Of a stretch of DNA of 64,000 nt, positions 25,576 to 37,401 are shown piece after piece. The notes under the pieces were generated by a model. That model searched no databases and was not told the DNA's origin. It was given only the letters and a program-made list of their open reading frames with translations. Origin of the DNA: Octopus vulgaris (taxonomy: Eukaryota). The stretch covers positions 45,818,001 through 45,882,000 of the forward strand of contig OX597826.1 of NCBI GenBank assembly GCA_951406725.2. The letters are read 5' to 3'. The position numbers and the translations under genes are program-made. Positions within the stretch are counted from its first letter, which is position 1. Each line of letters starts with the position of its first letter.

Positions 25576-27253
25576 TGTTTTTTTTTTATTACCCATGTGG
25601 GCTAACATTGAGGTGACAAAACAAAACATGAGGGACATAAAACATATATAAAAAATAGAAATAAATATTATAATGTATGAAGACATGAATATGAAAAATG
25701 GAAATGGAACCACTCGCCCCACTTACGATTGGCCTCATTTTCTACTTCTCAAATCCTGAACCTTCCAACACATCGATACCTGTTTCCTCTAACCACCGAT
25801 CGTACGTAGTAAAGTCTAGGAATGAGCTCCAGCTGCACTCCACCTCCCAACAATAAAATCCAACCATATACTCTTGTATTTTTTCCTCCTGCTTCTTATC
25901 TGGTATTACACACAAGTGGATGTTCCTCCACGTTATCATACCCCTTAATTCCGCCGAATCCCTTAACAGTTCGTCGCTAAGTTTTTCCTTCTCTTTTTTG
26001 ACTTGGGGTGAGGTGTTTGGGGTTTCATTGTATGTATTTGCCTCTTGTTTTTGTGTCGGATGGAAATGGATAGGCCTAGTGTCTGCAGGGAGTGAGTGGG
26101 TGGGTCTGAGAGGGAGTGGGTGGGTCTGAGAGGGTGTGCGTGGGATGGGTGTGGGATTCGGTTTACAGTTTAGTTCACTTGCCTTTTTTCTTTTTCTTCC
26201 TGTCACATTTTCCCATTTATATTTTTCTATTTCTGCTACTTCCTTTTCTTTTTCGGTTACTTCCTTTCTGCGGCACTCTTCTGTCTTCTCTTCCGTATTT
26301 TCCGGTCGCTTTTCCTCTGGTTTTCTTGGCTTTGATGTACATTCTGCTCTTATGTGTCCCTTCAGGCCACATTTAAAGCAGCGTGGAACTCTCCCTTCCA
26401 CCCTGACAGTCATAATTGTTTCTTCCATAATTATTGTTTCCGTAATCTTTTCCATTGCCTCTTTTGAACCCTGGACTATCATCTCCGGTGACTGACCTCT
26501 CCAGTTGACGCACTCTTTTTTCTTGACCTATAGCACCACTATGTTGTCCTCATTATCAAAGAGGACTGCATCAGTTACCCCGGTCACATCAATCTCCAGT
26601 GGGATTCCTGCAACCGTGACCCTTGCTGCTCTCATGCCTCTATACGTGAGCAAAAGCACCACTTCTTCGCTCCGAATTGTCGACGCTGCATGTTTCCTTG
26701 CTGCTGCTGCATTTCGAAACCTTACTTCAACTGTTCCAAACGTTGAGCCTCTAGTCAGGTATATTATGTCTTCCCAAATCTGCTTTAACGCCTTTTCTAT
26801 TTGTTATGTTGTGACGACGTCTATTCTTCCTTTATTTATCGAAAAGGTTCGATAGATTATCGTCTTTTTCCTTATTCCGTTTTTAACCTCTTGCGGGGCG
26901 ACAGCTTCACTTCGAACCCATTTCGGTTCATTTCTTCTTTGTGTCTTCCGAATTCCCTGATATCCACTTCTGTTTCCTTGCACCTTGCTGCATCAACAAA
27001 ATTCCTCTTCTCTTTTCTCAGTTTCTGGTCCATTGTCTTAACCGCCTCCAACAACTCCTCCTCGGACGATGACATGTCTGAGTAACTATAACTGTCTTCT
27101 GACATTCTTCAACCAGCTGTCTCTTCTCTTACGAGAAGAGAAAGCACAAACAAAAACACACGTAAACACCCAAACCGCTGCAAAGCAGCACAAAAAAACT
27201 ATTAAAAAAAAATCACCGACACAAAATTACAACTGGCACGCACCGATTCGACG
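25576..27253 (-). mobile_element. ORF1-only Tx1/L1-like element (copy C) with CCHC zinc knuckle
   Basis: ORF from 27105 (MSEDSYSYSDMSSSEEELL), disrupted, continuing to 25742 with CFKCGLKGHIRAEC; 3' tail gggtaataaaaaaaaaa; probable TSD tt(a/g)ggatc at 25568-25575 / 27254-27261. Confidence 0.83.
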
Positions 27254-27428
27254 TTGGGATCGATCGGTACCGGACAAGGATTTTAGATTTTTCCTTCTTT
27301 TTTTTTTTTTCACACAATTTTTAAGAGCGGTCGGTTTAATTTTTAGTATTCTCGTTTGTGAGAGCAGTCGAGTTTATTTCAGATATTCTCATTTTAAAAA
27401 TCCTCTCAGGCTAATCGTTGAGAGGACG

Positions 27429-29100
27429 CCGGTGCCGTCTCAGGTTCTTAGTAGGTCTACTAGTTGTTTTTCATGGTGTAGGGACGTGTTGAATTTTTGT
27501 GCCGAAATTTTGTGTTGTAATTTTGTGTTAATGTTCGTTTGAACACTTTTGTGAACTGTTTTTGCTGCTTTGTGACAGCCTGTTTGTGCTTTCCCTCCTC
27601 TTGTGAGGAGGTTGGCCCAATTTGAAAAGAAAATTAAAGGAATATTTTATTCAGACCTCAGCGGTTCTCAGTTGTCTTCTTCCGAAGACGAGTTGCTGCA
27701 GGCTATTGGAGGGGTGGACGGGAGGGTGAAGGAGGACAGAAGGTTCGCAGATGTGGCGGGGCGCCGGGAAAAAGAAATGGACATGCGAGAAATTATAAAC
27801 TGTAAGGAAATGCTGAAGGGGTACGGTTTTAGTGTGGAGCAGTCCCTCTCACAAGAGGCGTTGAACGACATCAGAGGGAGAACAATCACGAACAAGACGT
27901 ATTCGATAAAGGCGGGCAGGATTGATGTAGTGACCGCGGAGCAGGTTGAGGGGGCACTGAGGCCGATTTGGTGGGATATTGTGTATATTGCGGGAGGAAC
28001 AAGATTTGGAATGGTGGAGGCGGGATTTAAGAACAGGGAAGTTACGGAGAGGTGTGCAGCGAGGACTATCAGGAATAAGGGGCTTGTGCTTCTACACACG
28101 TACCTGGGACGTCGGTGTAGAAGGGACTCCCCTGAAGATAAACGTGGCCTGGATGGTGGCCGCAGTCCTCATGGAAAACGAGGTAATCCAGGCCACAAAA
28201 ACGCATGTGGAGAGGACAGACGCTTGAGATGACAATCCAAGCCTCAGCAGATATCCTGGAAAGTATGATAGAGACCGTCACGTTGGACGAAGTAGTAATG
28301 AGAATGAGGGTGGAGGGCAGAATCCCTCGATGCTTTAAATATGGTCTAAAGGGTCACATCAGAGCGAACTGCCCTTCACCAACCAAAAAGATGGAGGAGA
28401 CAAAGAAAAAGGGACCACAGGAGGAGCAAGTGAATAAGGAAGAAGAAAAAATACTAACAGAAGAAATGGACAATGAATGGGAAACCATTGATAAAAGAAG
28501 CAAGAGAAAAAGAAAAAAACTAAGTCCCATAACTACCCCACAACCCTCTTCGTCCTACCCTTCCCCTACAGGAACCAAAGCTTCCCATCCCTCTCTGAAA
28601 CAGAAAAACGTACATACAGATAAAAACTGCCAAACTCCCTCCTCCCTGACAAAAAAGAAAAGTGCACTGTTATTATGTATGATGATTCTAACGAAAAATT
28701 GTGTAGAGAAATAGCATCTTGGGAAGATTACAAATCAGTAAGAACAGTGGGATTTGATGGCATTAAAAATTGGCATTGTTGTGTGTTACCTACAGATGAA
28801 CAAAGAGAGATAGTATTAAGATATAAAAGTGGATATAGGGTTTGGGATGTGGAATGAGATAGGGATATACTGCCAAACCATTTGTATCATGAAAATTTGA
28901 TGGAAAATATGGGGTAGATATTTTGGCGGGAACGAGTATAGATGAAGTAGCTCGGAGGTGGGGCCGAATAGCCTCATTACATTTTTCTTCTTGTTATTTC
29001 ATGTTTCTCTCGTACGTCGACCTAATTTTCCCGTTTTATGTCACCATATGTAATGTGTTGTCCCCTCTATATTCGCCCCTTGGTGAGTAATAAAAAAAAA
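27429..29100 (+). mobile_element. ORF1-only Tx1/L1-like element (copy A), frameshifted
   Basis: ORFs 27603-28232, 28205-28714 (CFKYGLKGHIRANC), 28675-28857; poly(A) at ~29090-29100. Confidence 0.83.
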
Positions 29101-29137
29101 AGGTTGCTAGTAAGTTATTCTACTGGTATTTTTCATA

Positions 29138-29368
29138 GGCGGTGAGCTGGCAGAAACGTTAGCACGCCGGGCGAAATCCTTAGCAGTATTTCGTCTGCCG
29201 CTTCGCTCTGAGTTCAAATTCCGCCGAGGTCGACTTTCCCTTTCATCCTTTCGAGGTCGATTAAATAAGTACCAGTTACGCACTGGGGTCGATGTTATCG
29301 ACTTAATCCGTTTGTCTGTCCTTGTTTGTCCCCTCTGTGTATAGCCCCTTGTGGGTAGTAAAGAAATA
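29138..29368 (+). mobile_element. SINE family B, full length, with 13-bp TSD
   Basis: TSD ggtatttttcata at 29125-29137 and 29369-29381. Confidence 0.92.
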
Positions 29369-30754
29369 GGTATTTTTCATAGTATTAAGACGTGCTGAAA
29401 ATTTTGTGTAAGTGTTCGTTTGAACACTTTACTAAACTGTTTTTGCTGCCTTGTGTCAGCTTGTTTGTGCTTTGCCTCCTCTTATGTGGAGAGTTAGCGC
29501 AATGGAAAAGAGTAAAAAGAAAACGTTTTATTCAGACCTCAGCGGTTCTGAGTCGTCTTCTCCCGAAGACGAATTGTTGCAGGCTATTGAAAACAAAAAA
29601 AAAAAAAATGAACGAGTGAGTGAAGGAGGACAGAAAGTTCGCAGAAGTGGTAAGACGCCAAGAAGAAGAAGTAACATGAAAAAATTTGCTAACTGTGAGA
29701 AAATGTTGAGTAAGGATGGTTCGAATGTGCAATTGCCCACCCCACCCACTCCGCAAGAAACATTGAAGCTTCAGAGAGAGAACGATTAGGTACAAGACTT
29801 TTTCGATAAAAACAGGCAAAATTGATATCGTAACTACAGTGCAAGTTGAAAAAGCACTGAGGTCAATTTGGTAAGACTTTGCATACATTGCAAGAGGATC
29901 AAAATTCGGAATAGTAGAAGCAAGGCTCAAAAACAAGAAAATTGCAAAGAACTAAGCAAGGACTATCAGGGATGAAGAATTTGTGCTTTTACCCACTTAT
30001 ATGAGACGTCGGGCATCAAGAGTCAGAGTTAAAAGAATTCCACTAGAGATATATGTGGCCTGGATAGTGGCCGCAGTCCTCTTGGAAAAAGAGGACGACA
30101 TAACGGTTCTCCAGGCCACAAAACAAATAGCGAAATGTGGAGAGGACAAACGCTTGAGATGACAATCTAAGTCTCAGCGCATGTCCTGGAAAATAGGGTA
30201 AAGATCGTTATGTTGGACGAAGTAGTAATGAGAGTGAGGGTGGAGGGCAGAATCCCTCGATGCTTTAAATGTGGCTTAAAGGGTCACATCAGAGCGGACT
30301 GCCCTTCACCAACAAAAATGATGGAGGAGAACCAGGAAAAGGAACCACAGGAGGGTCAAGTGAATAAGGAAGAAGAAAAAATACTAACGGAAGAAAAGGA
30401 CAATGAATGGTTTCCCATTCATTGATAAAAGAAGCTAAAGAAAAAGAAAATAAGTCCCATAACCACCCCACACCCTCTTCGTCCTGCCCTTCGCCTACAG
30501 GCACCAAACCTTCCCATCCCTCTCCGACACAAAAAGAAAGACATACATACAGACAAAAAACGCCCAAACTCCCTCCTCCCAGACAAAAAAAAAATGGAAA
30601 AAAGGCTCAGTTATTATGTATGATGACGCTAATGAAGAATTGCATATTGAGATAGTAACTTGGAAAGATGGCATGGTAGTGAATACAAATGAATTCGATA
30701 AAATTAAAAGTTGGTACTGTTATATATTACTTTCAGAAGAACAAAGAAAGAATA

Positions 30755-31086
30755 CGTAAGGTATACTAGCCATCTCAATATGGCTAACCACAAAGGGTGG
30801 GTGTTACTGTAGCTCTTAGCCCCAGGAGATCATCGTCTCCAGCTGGCTTTAGGCACACTTTCTGTGCCCTTATGGTATTTGCAAATGGAGGTCATCCTTC
30901 TCTCGTAAACCTAAGTGACACGCACGGACTGCAGTTTCTAGGTATTTGCCTGTCTTCGGCGTACGGCAGTCACCGGTTTATGATGAAAGGGAGACCTGTT
31001 TGCAAATACTTATTGTTTTTCTAGTAACTTCCGTCATGATTTCGAAAAACTGTCTGCAAGCAATAATATATCTCTGAACGAGATGT
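30755..31086 (-). mobile_element. 332-bp structured non-coding insertion with hammerhead motif and 12-bp TSD
   Basis: TSD aaagaaagaata at 30743-30754 and 31087-31098; several hairpins. Confidence 0.8.
30915..30973 (-). ncRNA. Type I hammerhead ribozyme-like motif (core variant CCGAAGA)
   Basis: Minus strand gtgactgc-cgtacg CCGAAGA c-agg-caaata-cct-a GAAA ctgcag TC cgtgcg-tgtcac. Confidence 0.65.
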
Positions 31087-31464
31087 AAAGAAAGAATATA
31101 TTAAAATATAAAGGTGGACATAGAATGTGGAAAGTGGAACTAGATAGGAATATACTGCCAGGCTTTGTGACTTATGATGAGTTGCTGAAAGAACATGGGA
31201 TAGATATTTTGGAGGGAACAGGATACAAAAGGAGTCAAAGGTAGAAATGAAGTTGCCCGGAGGTGAGGCCCAGTAGCTTCATTATATTTTTTCATTTTCA
31301 TTTGTCATTTCATGTTTCTCATACGTTGTCCTATTCCCTCACCCTTGTTTTGTGTCCCCACATGTAATGTATCGTCCCCTCTGTCTTCGCCCCTTGGTGG
31401 GCAATAAAAAGATTAGGACGTTGGTGTTGCCTTGGTGAAGGTTTTCGATCTCTGGGTGCTCTTA

Positions 31465-31680
31465 CAGAAACGTTAGCACGTGGGCGAAATGCGTAGCCGT
31501 ATTTCGTCTGCCGTTACATTGTGAGTTCAAATTCCGCCGAGGTCCACTTTGCCTTTCATCCTTTCGGTGTCGATAAATAAAATACCAGTTACGCACTGGG
31601 GTCGATGTAATCGACTTAATCCCTTTGTTTGTCCTTGTTTGTCTCCTCTATGTTTAGCCCCTTGTGCGCAGTAAAGAAAT
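31465..31680 (+). mobile_element. SINE family B
   Basis: Matches 29138-29368. Confidence 0.85.
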
Positions 31681-32269
31681 ATATATTTGCTACGAGTGAT
31701 AAGCACATGGTTTCGAAGACGCTGTGTGAGTCTATTGTTTTCACTTATTTGTTATTGTTTTCTGTTCTAAGTTTTTGTTTAAACTCGTTAAGAACACCAG
31801 AAATCTCCTGGCTAGGGTTCTGTGGTTGTTTTTGCCCCGTAAGGGACAATATTTTGTCTTCGTAAAACGTCTAGTTTGAAAAAAAAAACAACAAAAAAAC
31901 ATACGTACAAGATGGCATCATCAACTGTCATCATTGGAGTGGTGAGTGGGAGAGCCGTACCTTTCAACAGCCCTCCCTCAGACCAAGACTTTCCTCCTCT
32001 TCTTCCGTCGTCCACTCCCCTTGAAGACTCTGAGACGAAGGGTGACAGCGGCGATAGCGGCAACAATAACAACAATAAGAACAAGAAAAATCTGGACTGT
32101 GAAAGAGCACGAGGAATCAGCAGCGAGTACATCACCACCACCACCACTACCACTACTAGTAGTAGCAGCACGAAGTCAAGCAGCGAACATAGTGAGAACA
32201 ACAGCAACAACAGTAATTCCAACCCCCACCAACAATACAGTCACTACAACAAGATACAGTATTCTTGTC

Positions 32270-32873
32270 TACTCTAGACACAAAGCCCGAAATTTCTGGG
32301 GCGGGGGCCAGTCGATTAGATCAACCTCAGCACGCAACTGGTACTTAATATATCGACCCCGAAAGGATGAAAGGCAAAGTCGACCTCGGCGGAATTTGCA
32401 CTCAGAACGTAAAAAACAGACGAAATACCTCTAAGCATTTCGCCCGGTGTGCTAACGTTTCTTATTTTTTTACTGCCCACAAGGGGCTACATACAGAGGG
32501 GACAAACAAGGACAGACAAACGGATTAAGTCGATTTCATCGACCCCAGTTTGTAACTGGTACTTAATTAATCGACCCCGAAAGGATGAAAGACAAAGTCG
32601 ACCTCGGCGAAATTTGAACTCAGAACATAAAGACAGACGAAATACCTATTTCTTTACAACCCACAAGGGGCTAAACACAGAGAGGACATACAATGACAAA
32701 CAGATTAACTCGATTATATCGACCCCAGTGCGTAACTGGTACTTATTTAATCGACCCCGAAAGGATGAAAGGCAAAGTCGACCTCGGCGGAATTTGAACT
32801 CAGAATGTAGCGGCAGACGAAATACCGCTAAGCATTTCGCCCTGCGTGCTAACGTTTCTGCCAGTTCGCCGCC
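32270..32873 (-). mobile_element. Nested/tandem array of three family B SINE units inside LINE ORF1
   Basis: cgaccccgaaaggatgaaaggcaaagtcgacctcggcgg present three times. Confidence 0.85.
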
Positions 32874-33620
32874 TTAGCAACACACAGTATTGAGAAAAGA
32901 AACAAACAAGGAGACAGTGAACGACAAAATCAGTGCAAAGGACGTTAAAGAAACCAGCACGAATCTTAAAGACGTCAACAACAACAGCAAAGGTTTTTCC
33001 GACGTGTTTAACGCCGAAACAGAAATGTATTCGCTAGCCTTGAATGAGAAAATCCAAGTACTAGCAGAAGCCAAAAAAAAAATGATCAAATACGAAGGAA
33101 GTAAGGCAGCTGTATTTGTGCCTCCCAAAATAATTCAAGAGCGGAGAAAAAAGAACTGTATATTATAGGAGTGTACCCTGAAAGAGCAGAAGAGCAACAC
33201 CGGCCGCAGTGACTCGGGTGGAGAAGGCCTTAAGAGACATCTTGGCGGATGTAGCCCACATGCAGAGGGGAAGACAGCTTGCCACCATCGAGGTCCTCTT
33301 CGAAAGTGAGGACCTCGCACGAAAGCACTCAGTGACGCTTCGTTGGAGTGAGGAGTGTGTTCTGTAGCCGACATATTTGTCAAGAAGAACTGCCAGGCTA
33401 CGGATATCGGGTGTGCCACCTGGCATCAACATTTGGTGAATTGTGAAATGCGTAGTATTAAAAGAACCAGACACTCCTAGAATTCAGGCGAAGCAGGAAG
33501 AAGAACTGATCCGAGATAAATATAGAGATACTGCTTCATGTGAAGCCAGAAAACAATGAATAAATACCGGGGCGTATACAACTGCCTAAAGGGGTCTAAC
33601 TAAATTTTGTCGTGGAAGGC

Positions 33621-33846
33621 GAGCTGACAGAAACGTTAGCACGCCGGGCGAAATGCGTAGCCGTATTTCGTCTGCCGTTAAGTTCTGAGTTCAAAATCCG
33701 CCGAGGTTGACTTTGCCTTTCATCCTTTCGGGGTCGATTAAATAAGTACCAGTTACCCACTGGGGTCGATCTAATCGACTTAATCCGTTTGTCTGTCCTT
33801 GTTTGTCCTCTCTGTGTTTGGCCCCTTGTGGGTAGTAAAGAAATAG
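33621..33846 (+). mobile_element. SINE family B with 14-bp TSD
   Basis: TSD ttgtcgtggaaggc at 33607-33620 and 33847-33860. Confidence 0.9.
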
Positions 33847-35433
33847 TTGTCGTGGAAGGCCAAAAGCCCAAATGCGACTTTTGTGGAGCCACAAACCATC
33901 ATAGGGCCTTCTGCCCCGAAAAGATTGGATGCATACAAATACAAACACATTTTGACGACCCAAATTAGTTTTCACACACACACTAGTTCCTTTACTTCCT
34001 AAAGTGAAGATGAGGAGAAACCCCAGAAACCCCCAAAACCAAACAGAACGCCCTACCAAACAAAAGCACATAACCTCACACCAACAGACACTCCGGAAAA
34101 CATAGTAAGGGCTATCACAACAAAGACAGACGCATCAAAAACAACATCATCCCCGCCAAGGCAGCAACTGTCAACACAACCACCACTATCATCATCTGTA
34201 CCATCAACATAATCAGAACTCTACCCCAAAAGAAAGTGAGCACAGCAACACACAAACCCATAATGACTTGATGACCCTCATAACTCGAAACGAAGATATA
34301 GAGGGAGGGGTGTAATTTGCGGCACCAGCACTTTTACTGTGTTTAATGATTTAACGTTAGTGCTGATACCACTTAACACTTGTATGAACATAAGAGAAAT
34401 TTTCCCCCACGACTTGTGAACCTTGAACTTAAATGCCACGAGCAGACTTTTAAAGGGTTTCCCAAAGAAGTCCCAACCAAACTTGGAGGTCGAGCTACTC
34501 GCCCACCAGCAGCATCGTGAAGGTAAGTAACCTCATCTTTAACCTTCATCTTAACTCTCTCCGGCCAACATTGCGAATATTAGAGTGGAGTGCATAAATG
34601 TACGTGGCCTAGGATTTTCCTGGAAGCAGGATCACCTGCTCAACGACCACAGGTCACTAGCTATGGATATGATGGCCGTCAGTGAAACCAGGATATCCGA
34701 CACACGCGACCTAGCCCCCGTTTTCGACGATTTCGAGATCTACGCATCCCTTAGTCGGCTTGGAATGAGAGACGACGTGGCAGTGCTGTTTAGGAAAAAG
34801 CCTGGATCTCGAAGTACGGTCGATTTCCTGGACCCAGAAGGTAAGTTGGTGGTCCTGAAAGTGAGCAATAGCGAAGGTGGTGCTTTCAGACTAGTCGCTG
34901 TGTACGTCCCAACTGGGTAGGGGTTGCCAGATTTCTTCAGACGTTCGAGGGTTTTCGTTGAAACATCTCGCTCTTTAGTTCTAGTGGGCGATTGGAACGC
35001 CATTTTGGATGCACGCCTGGACAGGGTGGGGCTAACCGATGGGAGAGGTGTGTAAAAGTCTCACAAACTGCTCAGTCGATCAATTTGGATTGATCAAAAT
35101 CTTTTGACAGGGTTGATCATCAATACTGCACTCCAGTATTTTTGTTGAAAGGTAGCCCGTGTGAGCATTCGCTTATAAACCGAAGGAATTGAGAAGGAGT
35201 GGAGCGCCTGCCGAGGTACACCTGGCTGCCGGGGTAACCAGCATGTGTGGGGTTCCCCGGTTGTCCCTGTGAGAAAACCCCTCACTTTGGGGGAATTTTT
35301 GTTTAATTGCATTGTTAATTGCCATTGTTATTTTATTGTTTGCTCTATTTTGGTGTTAAACCCTCACCTGTCCCTTGTTTTGCATTGTCCCTATTTGTCT
35401 TTGTGTTTGGCTCCTGTGGCCAATAAAGAAACG

Positions 35434-35465
<32 letters not shown>

Positions 35466-36334
35466 CATCATTAGTAGTAGTAGTAGTAGTAGTAATAGTA
35501 GTAGTAGTAGTAGTAGTAGTAGCGCAAAAGCATCATATTATAACGCGACATGAAATCTCTCTAACCTGATCAAGAAATTAAATAACAAGAAAAATTGTTT
35601 TGTGTTTTCCCCATAGTCACACTTCCTATATTTATTTAAATTAATTCTCGTTTAAGCATATATTAATAAATAAAAACTGTCAAATTCTAAGGGCGGCAGT
35701 ACCAGGACATAGTAATTTTCTTAAATTTTTATTTCAATTTTTTATTATTTATTTATCTGAAGCCGTTGGCAGAATTGTTAGAACGCAGGACAAAGTGCAT
35801 AGTGGAATTTCGTCCGTCTTTACATTCAAATCCCGCAGAGTCATTAACATGCCGGACAAAATGCTTAGCAGAATTTCGTCCGTTTTTGCCTTCAAATTCC
35901 GACGAGGTGTGAACTTTACTCTTTATCCTTTCGGGATCAATGAAACAAATATCAGCTGAGCACTGGAGTCGACCAAATAGACTAATCCACTTCGCCAAAT
36001 TTTCGGGCTTTGTTGCATATATTAGAAAGTATTATTTATTTACCTTCTTAAGGTGACGGCAGAATTGTTTGTTTGTCGGACACAATGACCGAATTCTTAG
36101 CAGTATTTCTTCTGATTCTTTACGTTCTTAGTTCAAATACCACCGAGATCGACTTAGTCTTTCATCTGTTCGGAATCGATAAAATAAACTACTAGTTGAT
36201 TAGTTATAATTTTGATGACGGCTTATTCTTTTCTCGTGGATGTTTTGTTAAAAAATATTTTTGATTTTAGCAAAGTTTAGTGTTTTATGTTTGCTAGCTT
36301 CCTCTCCACCTCAATTCCTTGCCAATACGGAACA

Positions 36335-36835
36335 ATTTTTGTTGGAAAAATTCCCCAATGACATTCCTGATCGAATCGGAAGAGGATTCGTCATAGAGGG
36401 ATTAGAATTCATCCTACAGAATAACTCTTTCAGCTTCAACGAGAACACCTACAGACATATATAGGGATTGCGATAGGAACGAGGGTAGCCCTTACTTTTG
36501 CTAACCTTGTCATGGCATACTTGGAAGTTCAGATATAGTAACACACAAGACTGAAATATGGGGACAACTTCCAAAAATATTTACACACCAACTGGAAACG
36601 CTACCTGGACAATTGTTTCATCTTGTGGTCACATAACCTTGAGCAAATCTTAGAATTCAAATACTTAATTAATATTCACCACAGTATCGAATTTACAATG
36701 GGATACAGTTACAAACAGCTACCTTTTCTGGACATTTTAATCTTAAAAAGAGATACTAACATTGAAACTGACATCTACTTTAAACCAACAGACTCAAAAC
36801 AAGAACTACCGTTCTCTTCCTGTCATCCAAAGCAT
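36335..36835 (+). mobile_element. Penelope-like element RT fragment
   Basis: ILQNNSFSFNE..GIAIGTRVALTFANLVMAYLE..WKRYLDNCF..LPFLDILI..IYFKPTD..SSCHPKH. Confidence 0.88.
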
Positions 36836-37366
36836 AGAACACTAGATGACCATCAGGAAAAAAAAATTACCGAGTCCCTAAAAGGAAGTCAACCAAGCAG
36901 AACGCCGAACTTTACCAAAACGAAAATATGTTGTCCAAAATGGAAAGTATTTTTGATTAACATGAAATGACGTTACGAAACCTACAACTAATCAGAACTT
37001 GTTCCTTCACCGTGGTCGTCACCAGGAAGCCAACTAATCAAAACACACACACACAAATATATATACATACGTAGTACGTACATACAACATACATACATAC
37101 ATACATACATACCAGTGGTGTATGGTGGTTGTTGCTGAGTTGGGTGTGCTGCATACCTAATTTCAAGCAGGGTTATAACAAAAGTTTTCCATTAAGATTT
37201 GTGATTAAATTAATGAATAAAGTTAATATTTATAATGAATTTGCCATTTCCGATGATGTGCAGCACACACTTAGCACATCCGGAATATACGCTCCTATCT
37301 CATGTACACATGTACACATACATACATACACACATGTACACATACATGCATACATACATACATACA

Positions 37367-37401
<35 letters not shown>

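Larger units (their letters stand above)
29101..31414 (+). mobile_element. ORF1-only Tx1/L1-like element (copy B), tandem to copy A, containing two TSD-flanked insertions
   Basis: YSDLSGSESSSPEDELL and CFKCGLKGHIRADC; tail gtgggcaataaaaaa; aggacg repeated at 27423-27428 and 31415-31420. Confidence 0.83.
25429..31463 (+). mobile_element. HINE/Helentron-type element copy 2, expanded to ~6 kb by nested retroelements
   Basis: 5' attacctccacctt..aaggcagaggt; middle segment resumes at 27254-27428; 3' end ttggtgttgccttggtgaaggttttcgatctctgggtgctctt; collinear with 260-2584. Confidence 0.75.
31690..35435 (+). mobile_element. Tx1/L1-like LINE remnant: ORF1 (CCHC) + APE endonuclease start, RT deleted, 3' UTR retained
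   Basis: ORF1 from 31912 (MASSTV..DQDFPPL), PTYLSRRTARLRISGVP, CDFCGATNHHRAFC; APE motifs CINVRGL, SET, RLVAVYVP, LVGDWNAILD (34585-35030); tail ctcctgtggccaataaagaaa + (att)n. Confidence 0.8.

Noticed and set aside
25742-26482. LTR-retrotransposon gag or domesticated zinc-knuckle host gene
   Set aside because: No LTRs, PBS, protease or integrase. Multiple disrupted copies with poly(A) and TSD-like flanks indicate a non-LTR ORF1.
29400-29950. APOBEC-type G-to-A editing of copy B as the explanation of the A/G differences
   Set aside because: The distant copy C mostly agrees with the A state and B retains TGG codons. This is disfavoured but needs a consensus-based test.
30790-30850. HDV-like ribozyme suggested by ggggctaagagct on the minus strand
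   Set aside because: I could not assemble the nested double pseudoknot by eye.
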